Positions 11,666-24,018 of a stretch of 64,000 nt of DNA are shown here, piece after piece. The notes beneath the pieces were generated by a model that made no database searches, was not told where the DNA came from, and worked only from the letters and a program-made list of their open reading frames with translations. Both the position numbers and the translations under genes were made by a program. Positions within the stretch are counted from its first letter, which is position 1, and every line of letters starts with the position of its first letter. Location of the stretch: contig NW_024704743.1 of the NCBI RefSeq assembly GCF_018977255.1, forward strand, positions 52,330,001 to 52,394,000, in the 5' to 3' direction. Origin of the DNA: Callorhinchus milii. Lineage: Eukaryota.

Positions 11666-12982
11666 ACCCACCCCCCACACACATCACAAGCAAATATATA
11701 TATACATATTATATAAAGTGAATGTGATTTATTGATCTATTGACTATCTATTGTTGAACTCAACTGGTGCAAATGTTCCGACAAATAAGCGTATGCGCAT
11801 GAAAACAACTCTAGAAAACATTGTATATTATCATTGTGTACAAGGCTAAAAAAAACATATTTTATAAAAATATTGAAAGCATCAATAACAAGAACGTACA
11901 TCTATATAAAGCCTTTCAAGTAAAATAAACACTTGAAAGCACTTCATAAAATAAGAACGTTGTTATGTAGACAAACACAGTAGCTGATCTGCACTAACAT
12001 GAGTATTTGTATGAATAGAAAGGAAAAGAGAGATACAGTCCTGAGAGCCATAAATGTTCAACCTTGGTCCATCATATTATTTAGTTATGTAGTTGGTTCA
12101 CTTGTTAAATATTAATGGAATTCAACACTTTCATACAGTATTCACGCATCCCAATATACCAGTTTCTGATTAAAATGTTTCTTAGGTTTGCAAGAAATTC
12201 AGTCAATTCAGAAAATGAAACGAAAATCCTGATGTATTGTCAAGTATAGATTTGTTTTGAAAAATATATCTCAGCTAATAACAATTATTTATTATTCCTG
12301 CATACTTTTACTGTTGTAAAATGAGACGATTTAAAATTAAGTCTCTAATTTAAATATTTAACATAATATTAAGCTTCAATTTTATGTTAAATATTCATTG
12401 TTTTCTTCCTGTCACAAATATTAATAGCAAAACAATCAATTTCCCTTGTCCTTGAACGGTGCATTTACTATTTACACTCTACAAATTGATGAGCTTCAGG
12501 GCACTGGATAGAGTCAGCTAATATCATTTCTGACATTATGCTATAAACAACCTCGGAAAACAAAAAAAACTTTACCACGATTGTATTTGCATACCTGTAT
12601 ATGACGGTAAGGGAGGTATAGCAATACATTCTACAGTTGAAGCACTTTGAGACGTCCTTCTGATGTGAAAGGTGCTTCATAAATGTAAATTGTAATGTAT
12701 AATTTGCTAAACATTGGACTCCAAAAGGAAAAAAATCTTCTGAGATGCTTTATCTTGGGAATAATTTAACTGAAATGATCCTGTACTCTTTATATCATGA
12801 ACCAGTAAAAGTTGACACCTTTATATATCATCTCAAGGACAGTGCATTCAACAGTGCAATCTTTCCTGAACACTTCATTGAGATTTCATATTATACACAA
12901 GCCCAAATCCCTAGGTAATGCTTGACTAATAACCTCTGGCCCAAAGCCAACAGCACTAATAATTGTGTTGCCTGACACCACT

Positions 12983-13181
12983 GGGGAAAAATTCCACCTA
13001 GGTCTAGAATGACTCTATTTTCTTAGCATTTCAGATCGTAGCCAAATTTGGCAAATAGTTTAATTGAGTTTTAAATTCAAAGTCAGTTTCCTACAGTTTT
13101 TAAAGGACTCACAGAAATCAAGACAGTAATTAAGAATTTGCCAAATTCTGCCTCTCTGAAACGCTAAGAAATTTCTCCCCC
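12983..13181. mobile_element. Palindromic MITE-like element
   Basis: GGGGAAAAATT...AATTTCTCCCC termini; internal arms TTTCTTAGCATTTCAGA..AAATTTGGCAAAT and ATTTGCCAAATT..TCTGAAACGCTAAGAAA are reverse complements. Confidence 0.65.
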
Positions 13182-13374
13182 ACATTAGCAAACTCATATC
13201 ACAGAACTTTATTTTAAGACTACCTATCTTTGCTGGTACGTTTCTTATTTAATAATAAATAATAATAATCCTTACATTTGATATATCGTCTTATCACGTC
13301 TTCAAGATGTCTCAAAGCGCTTCACAGAGTATACTATTTAGTGTGTATGTGGTTTAAGCACACTGTGCACTGTT

Positions 13375-13705
13375 GTGGAGTCCTGTAGTTCAGCGGTTAG
13401 AGCAGTAAGTAGGAACCCGGTTGTTAGTCGATTGGCGGATCACTTTTCCAGGGATGATAATTCCTTAAAAAAAAGATAATAATAATTTTGTTGTGGGACA
13501 CTACTATGCATAATTAGCTGCCGCATTTCACCCACAAATATACAGTCAATTCACTTTACAGCATATTCTGTGAAGCGCTTTGAAACGTCTAGAAGATGTG
13601 AAAAGCACTATATCAAATGCAAGAATTATTATTATTCTGTGAAGCGCTTTGAGACATCTCGAAGACGTGATAAGGTGCTATATCAAATGCAAGAATTATT
13701 ATCAT
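13375..13705 (+). mobile_element. tRNA-derived SINE, long variant, with 5' internal deletion and duplicated tail
   Basis: Head GTGGAGTCCTGTAGTTCAGCGGTTAGAGCA joins directly to GTAAGTAGGAACCCGG; the tail unit occurs twice (~13565-13635 and ~13635-13705). Confidence 0.85.
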
Positions 13706-14329
13706 TATATCCATTCAGCCCACATCAAGGGCATAGCTACAGGTGGGCCTGGGGCAGCTTCTCCCCACCCAATTAGCACCCAGGTCCGATGGCTGCTCTC
13801 CACACTGCATCATACCTCCTCCTCCCGTTCTCTTCCTTGTCGCTTCCCACGCTGCCACTATTGAGGTTGTACGAGGCACAAGGCAAGACGGAGAGTACCA
13901 AGTGGCTGATTGAAAATTAAACCTAGTTACTTCAATTTTCTTGCAAAAAAAAATCTCCTGATTCAGAGGCAAGAGTGCTACCAACTGAACCTGGCTGACA
14001 CCTAAATGGCTTCACTCTCCATTCACCAGATGTTTCACCTCAGAACCAGTCTGGATCCTGCCTTCATTCTTCTTCCCCCTTCCAAAACTCAAGATAGTCA
14101 AAAGTTGGTCATCAGATAGCAATACGCTTGAGATCTTCCTGGATGGATAAAGCAACTCCTTCCAAATGATATGGTGACTCTGCCTGATGTGCAATACATT
14201 GCTTCCATTTTCTACACCACACCAAGGGCATACCAAATCATGAACCATAATTCCACCATTATTTACAATATTTGCAAATTTTGTTTTTTAAAAATATATA
14301 TTTAAAAATAAATGACATTCACTCCATCT

Positions 14330-15500
14330 GTGATCAATGTCTCCACTTTGTATCTTCCAACAGCTCCTCCTCCTGCCCCCACACCATCATGTGTGGAGTG
14401 TGGTGTTTCTCAGGACACTATCCTCGGTCCTTTCTCTTTAATATTCACATACATCCACTTGGTGATGTCATCCACAAGCATTGGGTTAACTTCCACATGT
14501 ACACAGATGGCACCCAACTCTATTCCCTTGGCATCCACCCTCAATTCCAGGACCACTGCTGTCCTGACCAATTATCTATTGGACATCAAGTCCTGGATGA
14601 GAGCTAATTCTCTCCAGTTGAATGTCAACAAGACACAGGCTCTCCTGCTTGGATCGCATCAATGCCTTCTCACCTCACAGCATCAATCTACATGGATGCA
14701 CGCTCCACCTCACAGTGCTAGTGTGGAACTGTTTGCCCACAAAATATACAGTCAATTCACTTTACAGTATATTCTGTGAAGCGCTTTGAGCTGTCTTGAA
14801 GATGTGATAAGCACTATAACAATGCAAGAGTTATTATTATTAAACTATGTCTTGTTCGAATCTCAATTGTCCTTTAAACCTCACATCTATGCCTTTAGAT
14901 TTCCTCCACTTTCATACATTGCCCGCCTCGTCTACTACCTCTCCCCTCAGGCCACCAAGGCTCTTAACCATGCTTTTGTCATGACCAGGATTGGCTACGC
15001 TAACTCTGCTCTTCCAACAACTCTTCCTTCCAACAACAACAACTTGCATTGATGTAGCACCCTTCATTCAGGTTAGCATCTCGTAGTGCTCCCTACAAAA
15101 CTGCAGACCATTCAGAACTCTGCGGCTTGTGTCCTTTCCCACAAGCTTATCACCGCCATCCTCACTCGACTCCACTGGCTCTCCATCTCCCAGAGGATTG
15201 AGTTCAAGATCCTCATCCTCACTTTTATAGCCTCATGGTGTTGCTCCACTCTACCTCTGTGACCTTCTAAAACCCCACAAACCCGCTTGGTCTGTCCGCT
15301 TGCCAGGCACTGGCCTGTTTCATGTCCCCCCTCTCTGCCCACTCCACCATCGGTAGTTGGGTCTTCAGCCTTTCTGCTCCCACTCTCTGGAACTCCATCC
15401 CGAAACCCCTTCCCAGCTCAGTGCAAACCCTCAATTGTCCAGAACCTTGAGACATTCACCCCACGTGAAAGGCGTTATGTAAATGCAAGTGTTGTTGTGA
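14330..15500 (+). mobile_element. L2 RT-to-3' end fragment with inserted SINE tail (14720-14840)
   Basis: CGVSQDTILGP, FHMYTDGTQLY and DIKSWMRANSLQLNVNKTQ motifs; ends GTTGTTG. Confidence 0.85.
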
Positions 15501-16379
15501 TTTGTTTTTCTCCAAAAAATGTATTGTCAAGCTTAGAAATTGAAAAGAATATTGTAAGAGAACACAATCTGAGCTCCGATTACATAGACCACACTGCTGA
15601 GCCCCAAGAGATCCAATAATTCAATTATGAACATGTGGCTTATTGATTTAAAACCATATCTCCTTTGGGGATCTGGTACAGTATGACGTATCTCCTTTGT
15701 GAATGTTTGGAACGGCATATAAATAGAGAGCAAATGGAAAACATTGCACATCGCAAGGCCAACATTTTTGCATTTTCTAATTTTGGCGATAGTGTAGATG
15801 TGAATGTTAAAAATCAAACCAAAAGATGAATCTTTGGAGCATTGCTATTTTCACTTAGGTTATTAAGGTTATTGACAATAATTAAATGTACATTGGGCCT
15901 TTAAGGAAACCAAACATCCAGAACACTTTAAGATTGTGATTAATTAAAAATGCAATGTTGTCAGCATAAAAATAGTGATTAAACTGCAGCAGCAACATTT
16001 TATATACAACAAAGTAGTGAATGAGTTAGATTTTTTGGAATTAATTTGGATAAGGAAGGAATATAATCCAAAGCAGTAGCATCAGGTGGGGTTCCTTAAC
16101 ACTTACCTGAGATCTCAAGGTGGACAGGACCATCAGACCATCAAATAAAAGGAGGATCTCTGCTGCATTCTAAGAAGGCACATCAACAATGTAATTATTA
16201 ACTTCAGGTCAGTCTTGATTTTGTGAGTTTCATGAAGAGTACACATTTTAACTATTACCACAACAGCAGTAGAATAGATTAGATAGAGGACCTATGAACC
16301 TGAAAAAATAGAATACAATTTCCATTGAAAATAATCCTTGCATTTGATAACACCATTCATGTCAGGACATCTCAAAGAG

Positions 16380-16700
16380 CCTCACATTGCTGGCTGAGCA
16401 CCCAAGTTGCGGGATGAGAGGTGAGGGTGTAGGCAAGACAAGCGAAAGCGTGATCAAGCAGTAATATTGAGGAGGGCTTTGAACACAGAGGAGGAGGGAG
16501 CATGTCAGAGGGACTCTGGGAGGAGTTCCGAGGGTGTTGAGTGGGGGGGTGGTCAGATGGCTTACGCGCCAATGGTGGTGCAAATAGGACGGGGAACATG
16601 AAGCAGACCACTGTTCGCTGAATGAAGGGAGAGGCCGGGTTGGTAGGTCGGTAGGGTGGGGAGGAGTTGTGGGAAGATTTAAAGATGAACTCTCGTACCG
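16380..16700 (-). mobile_element. Old L2 3' fragment
   Basis: Purine-rich reverse complement of the L2 C-terminus and 3' UTR seen elsewhere in the window. Confidence 0.65.
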
Positions 16701-16889
16701 TCAGCCCACTCACTACATAACCTCAACAGTCACTGCCTGCATAACATCCAGGACAGTCAAGGAAACAGGTACCAGGGGATCTAATCATCCAGCTGCAAGC
16801 AGGTTTTATCCCTCCTTTTAATAGGAAGAGGTATGTAAGCTATATAATATATATATTTATTATTATTATTTATTCCCAACCTAATAAAT

Positions 16890-17373
16890 GTGGAGTCCTG
16901 TAGCAGATTGGTTAGAGCACTCCCCTCACAAACGAGAGGACCTGGGTTCGATTCCCGGGTGGGGCGAAACCTTAGGCAAGTTTCCTTACTCCACACGCCT
17001 CTGTTTACTTAGCAGTTGGTAGGAAACCCAGTTGCTAGTCAACCCAGTTGCTCATCGATTAAGTGAATCTCTTTCCAAGGGTAATAATCCCTTCAAAATA
17101 TTTGTTAAAAAATAATGATTATTTGGTCACAGCAGTCAATTGCGCACAGCAGTGTCCCACAAACAATCATGGATTGAATGACCAGATTATTATTATTTTT
17201 ATATTATTTTTGAAGGGATTATTACCCCCGGAAAAGCTATCTGCCAATTGAATAACAACTGGGTTCCTACTTACTGCAAGGTAACCAGAGACGTTTCGTC
17301 CTAGCCAGGAATCGAATCCAGGTCCTCTTGCTTGCGCGGTGAGTGCCCTAACCAATATGCTGCAGGACTCCAC
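16890..17373. mobile_element. Inverted pair of tRNA-SINEs (long variant)
   Basis: + head GTGGAGTCCTGTAGCAGATTGG at 16890 and - head GCTGCAGGACTCCAC ending at 17373. Confidence 0.85.
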
Positions 17374-17375
17374 AT

Positions 17376-17752
17376 AACACCTTATCACGTCATCAAGACA
17401 CCTCAAAGTGCTTCACAGGATATACTGTAAAGAGGATTGACTGTATAATGTAGAATGTGGAAGCCAGCAATGTACCACAAACAGCCATGAGTTGAGTGAC
17501 CAATTTTATTTGGAGGATGGTTGGCCAGGACACCAGGAATAAATCTTTTTGAATGGTGCCATGGGATCTTTAACCTCTATCAAAACAGACAGACAGGACT
17601 TTGGTTTAACTTCTTATCCAAAGGACGTCACCTCAGACAATGCAATACACCTTCAGCATTGCATTGGAGTGTCAGTTTCGACCACGTAATTCCGTGTCCC
17701 AACGTGGGGCTTGAACCCACAATCTTCTGACTCAGAGTGCTGTTACTGAGCC
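17376..17752 (-). mobile_element. Deu-domain-like SINE
   Basis: TTGGCCAGGACACC...TGCCATGGGATCTTTAAC...CAGACAGGAC..GGTTTAAC...TTGAACCCACAA is the reverse complement of the recalled DeuSINE (SacSINE1/AmnSINE1-type) core. Confidence 0.75.
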
Positions 17753-19049
17753 AAATTTTAAATTAAAATATTTAGTGACAGACTGCTATTTCACACCCTT
17801 GCTTTGTTTTTGCACAATTAATCTTCCTTTGGGGACAATAAAAGAATGGAGATGGCACAGCTTTGTACACAGATATATCGAATACACCTCTTTCCAATGT
17901 CATCTGAATGGAGGTAAGTTACTTTTAGTTATTGGTACTCCAATCTTCTGTCCTCCTTTTGAAAGTAGGTGTACCATGCATCTATTAAAGAGCCTGTTGA
18001 ACCTCTTTTTTGCGTGTTCTGTCCTGTCTCCACCTCCCAGCAATTTTATACCTCCTCAGCAAATGCTCATCTTGTTTGTACTTCCTCAACAGTGTCTACA
18101 TCTTCTGGAGTGAGCATAGCTGAGCTGGTCACATTTTATCCTCTGCGCCTTTACATTATGAAACTATTTCATTTTATCACAGAAACAAAATTCAGATTGA
18201 GAAATTAATTTTAAAAATCCTTACTTTACAACATTCACTTTCTTTTCAATACGTGCTCATTACAATTTGTATAATAATCCTTGCATTTGAAATAGCACCT
18301 CATCACGTCTTCTAGACGTCTGAAAGCCCTTCACAGAATATACTGTAAAGTGAATTGACTGTATATCTGCTGTTTTTTCCATTTACTGCCCTGCTTTATA
18401 CATTATTCCTTATGCTTCAGTGGGGCTTTTTAGGACATATCATTCATAATTTGTAGATCCTGCTGACCTAGTGTACAACAAATTATTACTTGCGGTTCAA
18501 TTTTTTTCAGATCTCTCAAGGGAAGTCTACAGCACTGAGCTGCTGTTCATGATTTACAAGCACTTTCCATGCAGTTTGGGGGATGGAGCAACCACCAAAC
18601 ACTGTTGATGTCGCTCCCCCACCCCCAACCCAATTGCTTTAAGCAATAGTGTGCCTAATACATTGAATGAAGTGCGGTGTGCAATTTCATTGAAAGCTCG
18701 CTATTTTTAAGGGCTAAAAAAAATTGTGATTGTGCTCAATAGGCAAACGGTTCCTAATGTCAAGAGAGAAATGAACACTCCCTTAAATTGTGTTGTGAGA
18801 GCGCACGAGTCATACATTTCCAATCCAATGCACCGCGTATGGCGTGAGGCTTAAGAACATAAGAACTGGCCGAGCGAAAGACCAAGGTGGATCTGGTTTG
18901 CCTTCCGCCATCCTGGCAGTCGCTTGACATGTCGAGTCGCAAACTATACACAGTATTATGAGATATTATTCATGAGAGCACAGGAGGTTAGTTAAGAGCT
19001 CAGGAAAGCTTCCGTTAAATTTACTTTCTTTCCCACCCCAAAAAAAACA

Positions 19050-20950
19050 TGATTTTTTTTCCCCCTTTAAATCTGTTCTGCTTCAGTTCTGGGAAAGGGG
19101 GAAGCGTGAATGCGTGGGGTGGGGGGGGGGGGGGGGGGTTGTGGTGGCTGTTGTTTGGGAAGAGAGACCAGACAGACAGATGCAAAGGCGGCGGCGGCAG
19201 CAGCAGCAACAGTGGCCACGCGCTCACCTCCCGGGGTTGATGATGACATCACAATCAATGCGCGCCCCAACCGAGGGGCGAGAAACACACAGGAGCGCGT
19301 GCGCCGAGATGATGACGGGGGGGAAGCGGGTGGGGGGGAAGGGAAGAGGTTGGGAGATCCTGGGTGCGAGCGAGCGAGCGCGCACCCGCGCGCGCGTACG
19401 CACTGACATGACCCGGCTGAGCAGGACGCATCGCGCGCGCGTTACCCCCGCGCGAGAGGCTTTCTGACCCCCCCCCCCCCCCGAGGAGGGGACGTGTGAC
19501 AGTTGGGTCCGCGGATCGCGTGCGCTGGGTGGCCTCGCTCGCTCGCTCGTTCGCTGGCTCGCGCATGCGCGCGCTGGCTGGCGGAGGGGCGGCGTTGCTA
19601 GGCGCGGGGGAGGGCGGCTGGAGAGAGGCTCACATTAGGGGGAGGACGGGGAGAGGCGGTTGGCCGGGCAGAGCTGCGACGCTCGCCGCCGACACACAAC
19701 ACACACACACACACACGCACGCAAGACACGGGCAATCTTTAGTTTGGGGGACCCCTCGCTGCTAAAGCGTGTCCAGCGGACTACCTCTCCTCCTCGTCGT
19801 CTCGTCTACCCTCTCTCGGCGCCGCCCGTGTCGGCCCGGGTGCCCGTCAGTGCAGCGACTATCACACCATGAGGATGTCGGGGAGGAAACGGTGTCCGGC
19901 GGAAGCAACAACAACAACAGCTGCAGCAGCAACAACAACGGGAGGAGGTGATGATGGCGGCGGCGGCGGCGGGGATGAGAAGGAGAGCGCTCGGCTTCCC
20001 CCGGTCAGGAACCCCTTTGTACATGACATCCGCCTGTCAGCGCCCGAGAAAGCCAAGGTAAGGGGCGGGCAGGCGGGGCAGGGCAGGCAGGGCAGGGAGG
20101 CCGGGCTCCCTGGGTCTGATGGAGGTGCACTCCCCGGTTTGCGCGAGTTCGCCTTTAACGATGGCAAACGCTTCCAGTCGAAGCCGTCGTTCCTCTCTTC
20201 TTCCTCTCTATATAACCGCCCCTCTTCCTCCTCCTCCTCCCTTGAATTCGGTTGAGGTACGGGAACAGTAGGCCTCGTCGGTCAGGGATGTTGACACTCA
20301 CCTGACTGGAAAGGGAACTAACTACCTCTTCTCTCTCCTCCCCTCCCGTTTCTCTCTCTCTCTCTCCCGCTCTCTCTCTTTCCATTCACTTTCTTCTCTC
20401 CTTCCCTCCCCATTTCTGGATATTCCCCATTCCTGGTGATAGTTTGGGGTCTCGCAGACCCCGCGTCACACGCACAGCAAACGTAGCGACTTGTTGTTTC
20501 GCGGGAATGTGCGCATTTCCACTGGCTCCCGGCATGTGCAATGCTTAGGTGTCGTGAGTTGGATTGTATATTTGCACTCTCTGGCGCACGGATATTTATT
20601 GATCTATGTCGTGGACGGCCAGACAGACAGTTTTTTTTTAAACAAACGAAACACGTGTGACAGGAGCCGAAGGTAACGGAGGCGTGGGATAACCAGCCCA
20701 GGATTAACCGTGCTAGTATTACACCGAGTCCGAGCAGAAATGCAGATAGTCGTGGCACAGTAACCAGTTTCCGATTCGCTGCAACTCGGGAAGGGACATG
20801 AACCGTCTTTCAGTATCTCTGAGGGACGTTTCCAGTTGTAGCTTCTATTTCTCTTGGAATGCCCACGGTTTTCACGATCAACTTCTTGTAGCCTCGAGCG
20901 GCGGATCACAGGCAACACGTTCAGGATGTGCTCAACTCGGAAGAATGAAA
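19050..20950. promoter_or_regulatory. CpG island / LPCAT1 promoter, 5' UTR and start of intron 1
   Basis: Abrupt GC- and CpG-rich, TE-free block around exon 1 in an otherwise AT-rich, CpG-depleted window. Contains the NRF1-type palindrome CGCGCATGCGCG (19560-19571), an RFX-like GTTGCTAGG (~19593) and GC-box-like GGGGCGG motifs. Confidence 0.88.
19869..20057 (+). CDS. LPCAT1: LPCAT1 coding exon 1 (63 codons, phase-0 donor)
   Basis: ATG in good context (CACACCATGA) within a CpG island. Translation ends PPVRNPFVHDIRLSAPEKAK, matching the recalled human LPCAT1 N-terminal motif PPGRNPFVHELRLSALQKAQ, and is followed by the donor AAG|GTAAGG at 20058. Confidence 0.93.
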
Positions 20951-22216
20951 ATACTAAAGAGTTAATTCTCCTTGGTGTACTGTGTTTGTAATTGATGGCG
21001 AAGCTAGTGCAATACGAATGTTGTAGTTCAGTTACTTTAACGCCAGATTGCTGGATGCGTGAGGCTTGTCATTGTTTTGTTTAGTGCATCAAGGGGAAAT
21101 ACAAGCCATGAGTTTCTTGCAGTATTCAGTTTCATTGGCCCAAGCATGCTGCTTTGAGCTATGGCAATGGACCACCTTATTGATTTATAACAATGAATTA
21201 CGTTTAGATAAACGAGTGGAGAAGAAATCGTGAGTCACGGGCTTTCTGCACGTTCAGGAAATACTTATATTGAAGGGTACTTTCATTGACTACCAAATGT
21301 AATAAAGTACTATAGTTAAAATGCTTGACTTATTAAACGATACATGAACATGAACAGATTACATTAAACATGAACAGATGTTAATGGTTATGTAGGTGGT
21401 TTTGTGCATGGTGTAGCACTGAATATGAGGCCTAAGAGTTGCAACTAGTGCATCAGAGGAGAGATTCAGCAACTGGTGATGCACTTATGTCTTATTTCTT
21501 GCGTAGGGAATACAGAGGACATTGTTGAAGGCTGACGGTAGACAATTATACAAAAACATTTTCTTTAGTTTTGTTCATTTCCAAAGCAACTTTTGTTTAT
21601 AATAATAATAACAAGCTGTACCCGTTGCAGCTTCGCTTGGAACCAAAGGATCCAATATTGAATAAAGATTGACAGACATTTCGTCTTTATCTGTACTCAA
21701 CTGGGAGGACCTGCGTGCTGTTCTTTGACTGGGCAATTAACTTTGCGTGTTGTTGCACGCCTTCAGTATTGAAGTCCACCAATGCTGTTGTTCAGTTTCA
21801 TTTAATCGACCTTCTCTCTTTTGTCTTGCATTTTTATTTGACCTTGAAAGGCTTGATCTTCGCTTCTTAGGCATCTTCCCTTAAGATTAAGAAAATGGTC
21901 TATTGGGAGGACTCCTGTGGGGGGACTGAATGGGAAGACTTGGTGGGAGAACTGGTTGGGAGCACTATAGCTCCTGTGACAACCCAAAAAATTCCCATAC
22001 ATTTGTTGCAGAAGATATTAGTATAGATGTATCTCTAGAAGGGTGCGTGCTTTCCTCTGTCGCTACTTTGTTGCAGAATACTATGCATACCTCATATTTT
22101 GAGGTTTAATTAAAGCATTTTACAAATAGAGCTCACCAACAAAAGGAGATCTCCGAACAAAAAAATGCCTTTACGTTAATTGGTTATTGGCGGAAACGCA
22201 CACAGTTTATCTTTAT

Positions 22217-22568
22217 TAATAATAACAATAATCATTGCATTTGATATAGCGCTTTTCATGTCTTCGAGACATCTCAAAGCGCTTCACAGAATATACTGTA
22301 ATGTGAATTGAACGCAGCAGCCAATTGCACACAGCAGTGTCCCACAAATAGTAATGGATTGAGTGACCAAATTATTGTTTTTTTGAAGGATTATTATCCC
22401 CAGGAAAGCGATCCACCAATCGACCAACAACCGGGTTCCTACTTACTGTTTGGTAAACAAGGCGTATAGAGTAAGGAAACTTGCCCAATATTTCGCCCTG
22501 CTGGGAATCAAACCCAGGTCTCTCGCTCGCTAAACAAATGCTCTAACCACTGCGCTACAGGACTCCAC
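22217..22568 (-). mobile_element. tRNA-derived SINE, long variant
   Basis: Head CTACAGGACTCCAC, CCGGGTTCCTACTTACTG segment and (TAA)n tail. Confidence 0.9.
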
Positions 22569-24018
22569 AATGTATAGATTAGTATAGATAATACTAATAA
22601 CAATTCGTGCATTTGATATAGTACTTTATCCTGTTGTTGAGACATCTCAAAGCACTTCACAGAATATACTGTAAAGTGAATTGACTATTCATGAAATTTA
22701 TTTAAATAACTGTGTTTGTGAAATACCTTTCTTTAGTCCTGTCCTGGCAAATCTGTAGCTTAGAGCAATCACCTCACAATCAGATGGTTGCAAGCTTGTT
22801 CGCGTTCATACTTGCCCTACCTTTATTGTTAATGTTGTAACAGTTCTTTGTCAAGTCACTAGATGGAGTATTATGCAAAAATCGCATTATTAAAATAACA
22901 CATTCTCTGCCTCACAGAAATGTATCTCCCTGTTGACCATTAATGGAGTGATATTGACAGTAGCCATATGGAAGGTCCTCTTTTATCTGGCCAGATGAAA
23001 GTTTGTCTGACCTCTTCAATTCTCAATTGTTCTTATGCCAAAATATTTTTGTAGCTCGGATGATCTCCCCATATACAGTCAAAAAACGATATCATCCAGA
23101 AGTGAAAAAGGCATTGCAATTATGGTGCACTCTTACTAAATGTATTTTAAAGTTAATACATATTAGAAAGCAGCAACCTTCCAGACTGGGTTGTTCCGAA
23201 GCTCCAGTGCTTATAATTAGTAGGTAAGAGAGAATTAAAGGACTGAGGAAATATATTTTTTGGATGAATGAATTATGTTCCTACAAAACTCATCAAACTG
23301 GATCAGTAATCATGGAATGGAACACTGCATACTGTCGCTCTGTATCAGCATGAAACACTGGTAGTTAGTTATTACATAGACTGAATATAGAGAAAAGAAC
23401 TTAGCACGCTTATGTATGCCTAAATTTCTGAAGAGCGCACTGTCAGTCACCATTATGTTTTCTGTGAGTGAGTTAGTGTCAAATCATCAGCAGTTTGGGG
23501 CTTGCAAACATTTCAAGAAATGTTTTCATAGGAATGCCTATGGTATCTGGGAGGACTAGTGTGGCAAGATCGAGAAGCAGGGTTATAAATGGCTTTCTTT
23601 GTTTATTTGACCTGATAGTAGAGACTTCCTACTGCACAGATAGTCTAAATAGTGAGGTACTGAAAGACAATATTATACAGCCTGAAGTATGTAAAGAGAT
23701 GGAGGGAGAGAATTTTACTTGTGCGGAAAAAAAACAAGCCTTATGTAGAATAACGTAGGCTGCATTAGTCCAGAATTAAGGCACATTTATAGATGGAGAT
23801 AGTAAATAATTTCTGTGCATGTACAATACATTTTGTTTAATAAGGGATTTACTCCAATTGAGCTTTGGATTTCGGACCAACATGATTTGAGTTCAGATCT
23901 TCCAGACCTCAATCTTATGGGGGAAAAGAATCATAATTTAATTCTGCAATAGTATTGGTTTTGGAGCTATTCTAAGCATGTAGCTCTATGGCTAACATCA
24001 AAACCACTTATTGAAATT

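Noticed and set aside
19869..20255. 128-aa ORF as a complete single-exon protein
   Set aside because: LPCAT1 similarity stops at the canonical donor at 20057; the remainder is read-through into G-rich and pyrimidine-rich intron.
19021..20918. Many overlapping ORFs on both strands
   Set aside because: Expected in a GC-rich, stop-poor CpG island; products are low-complexity with no recognisable domain.
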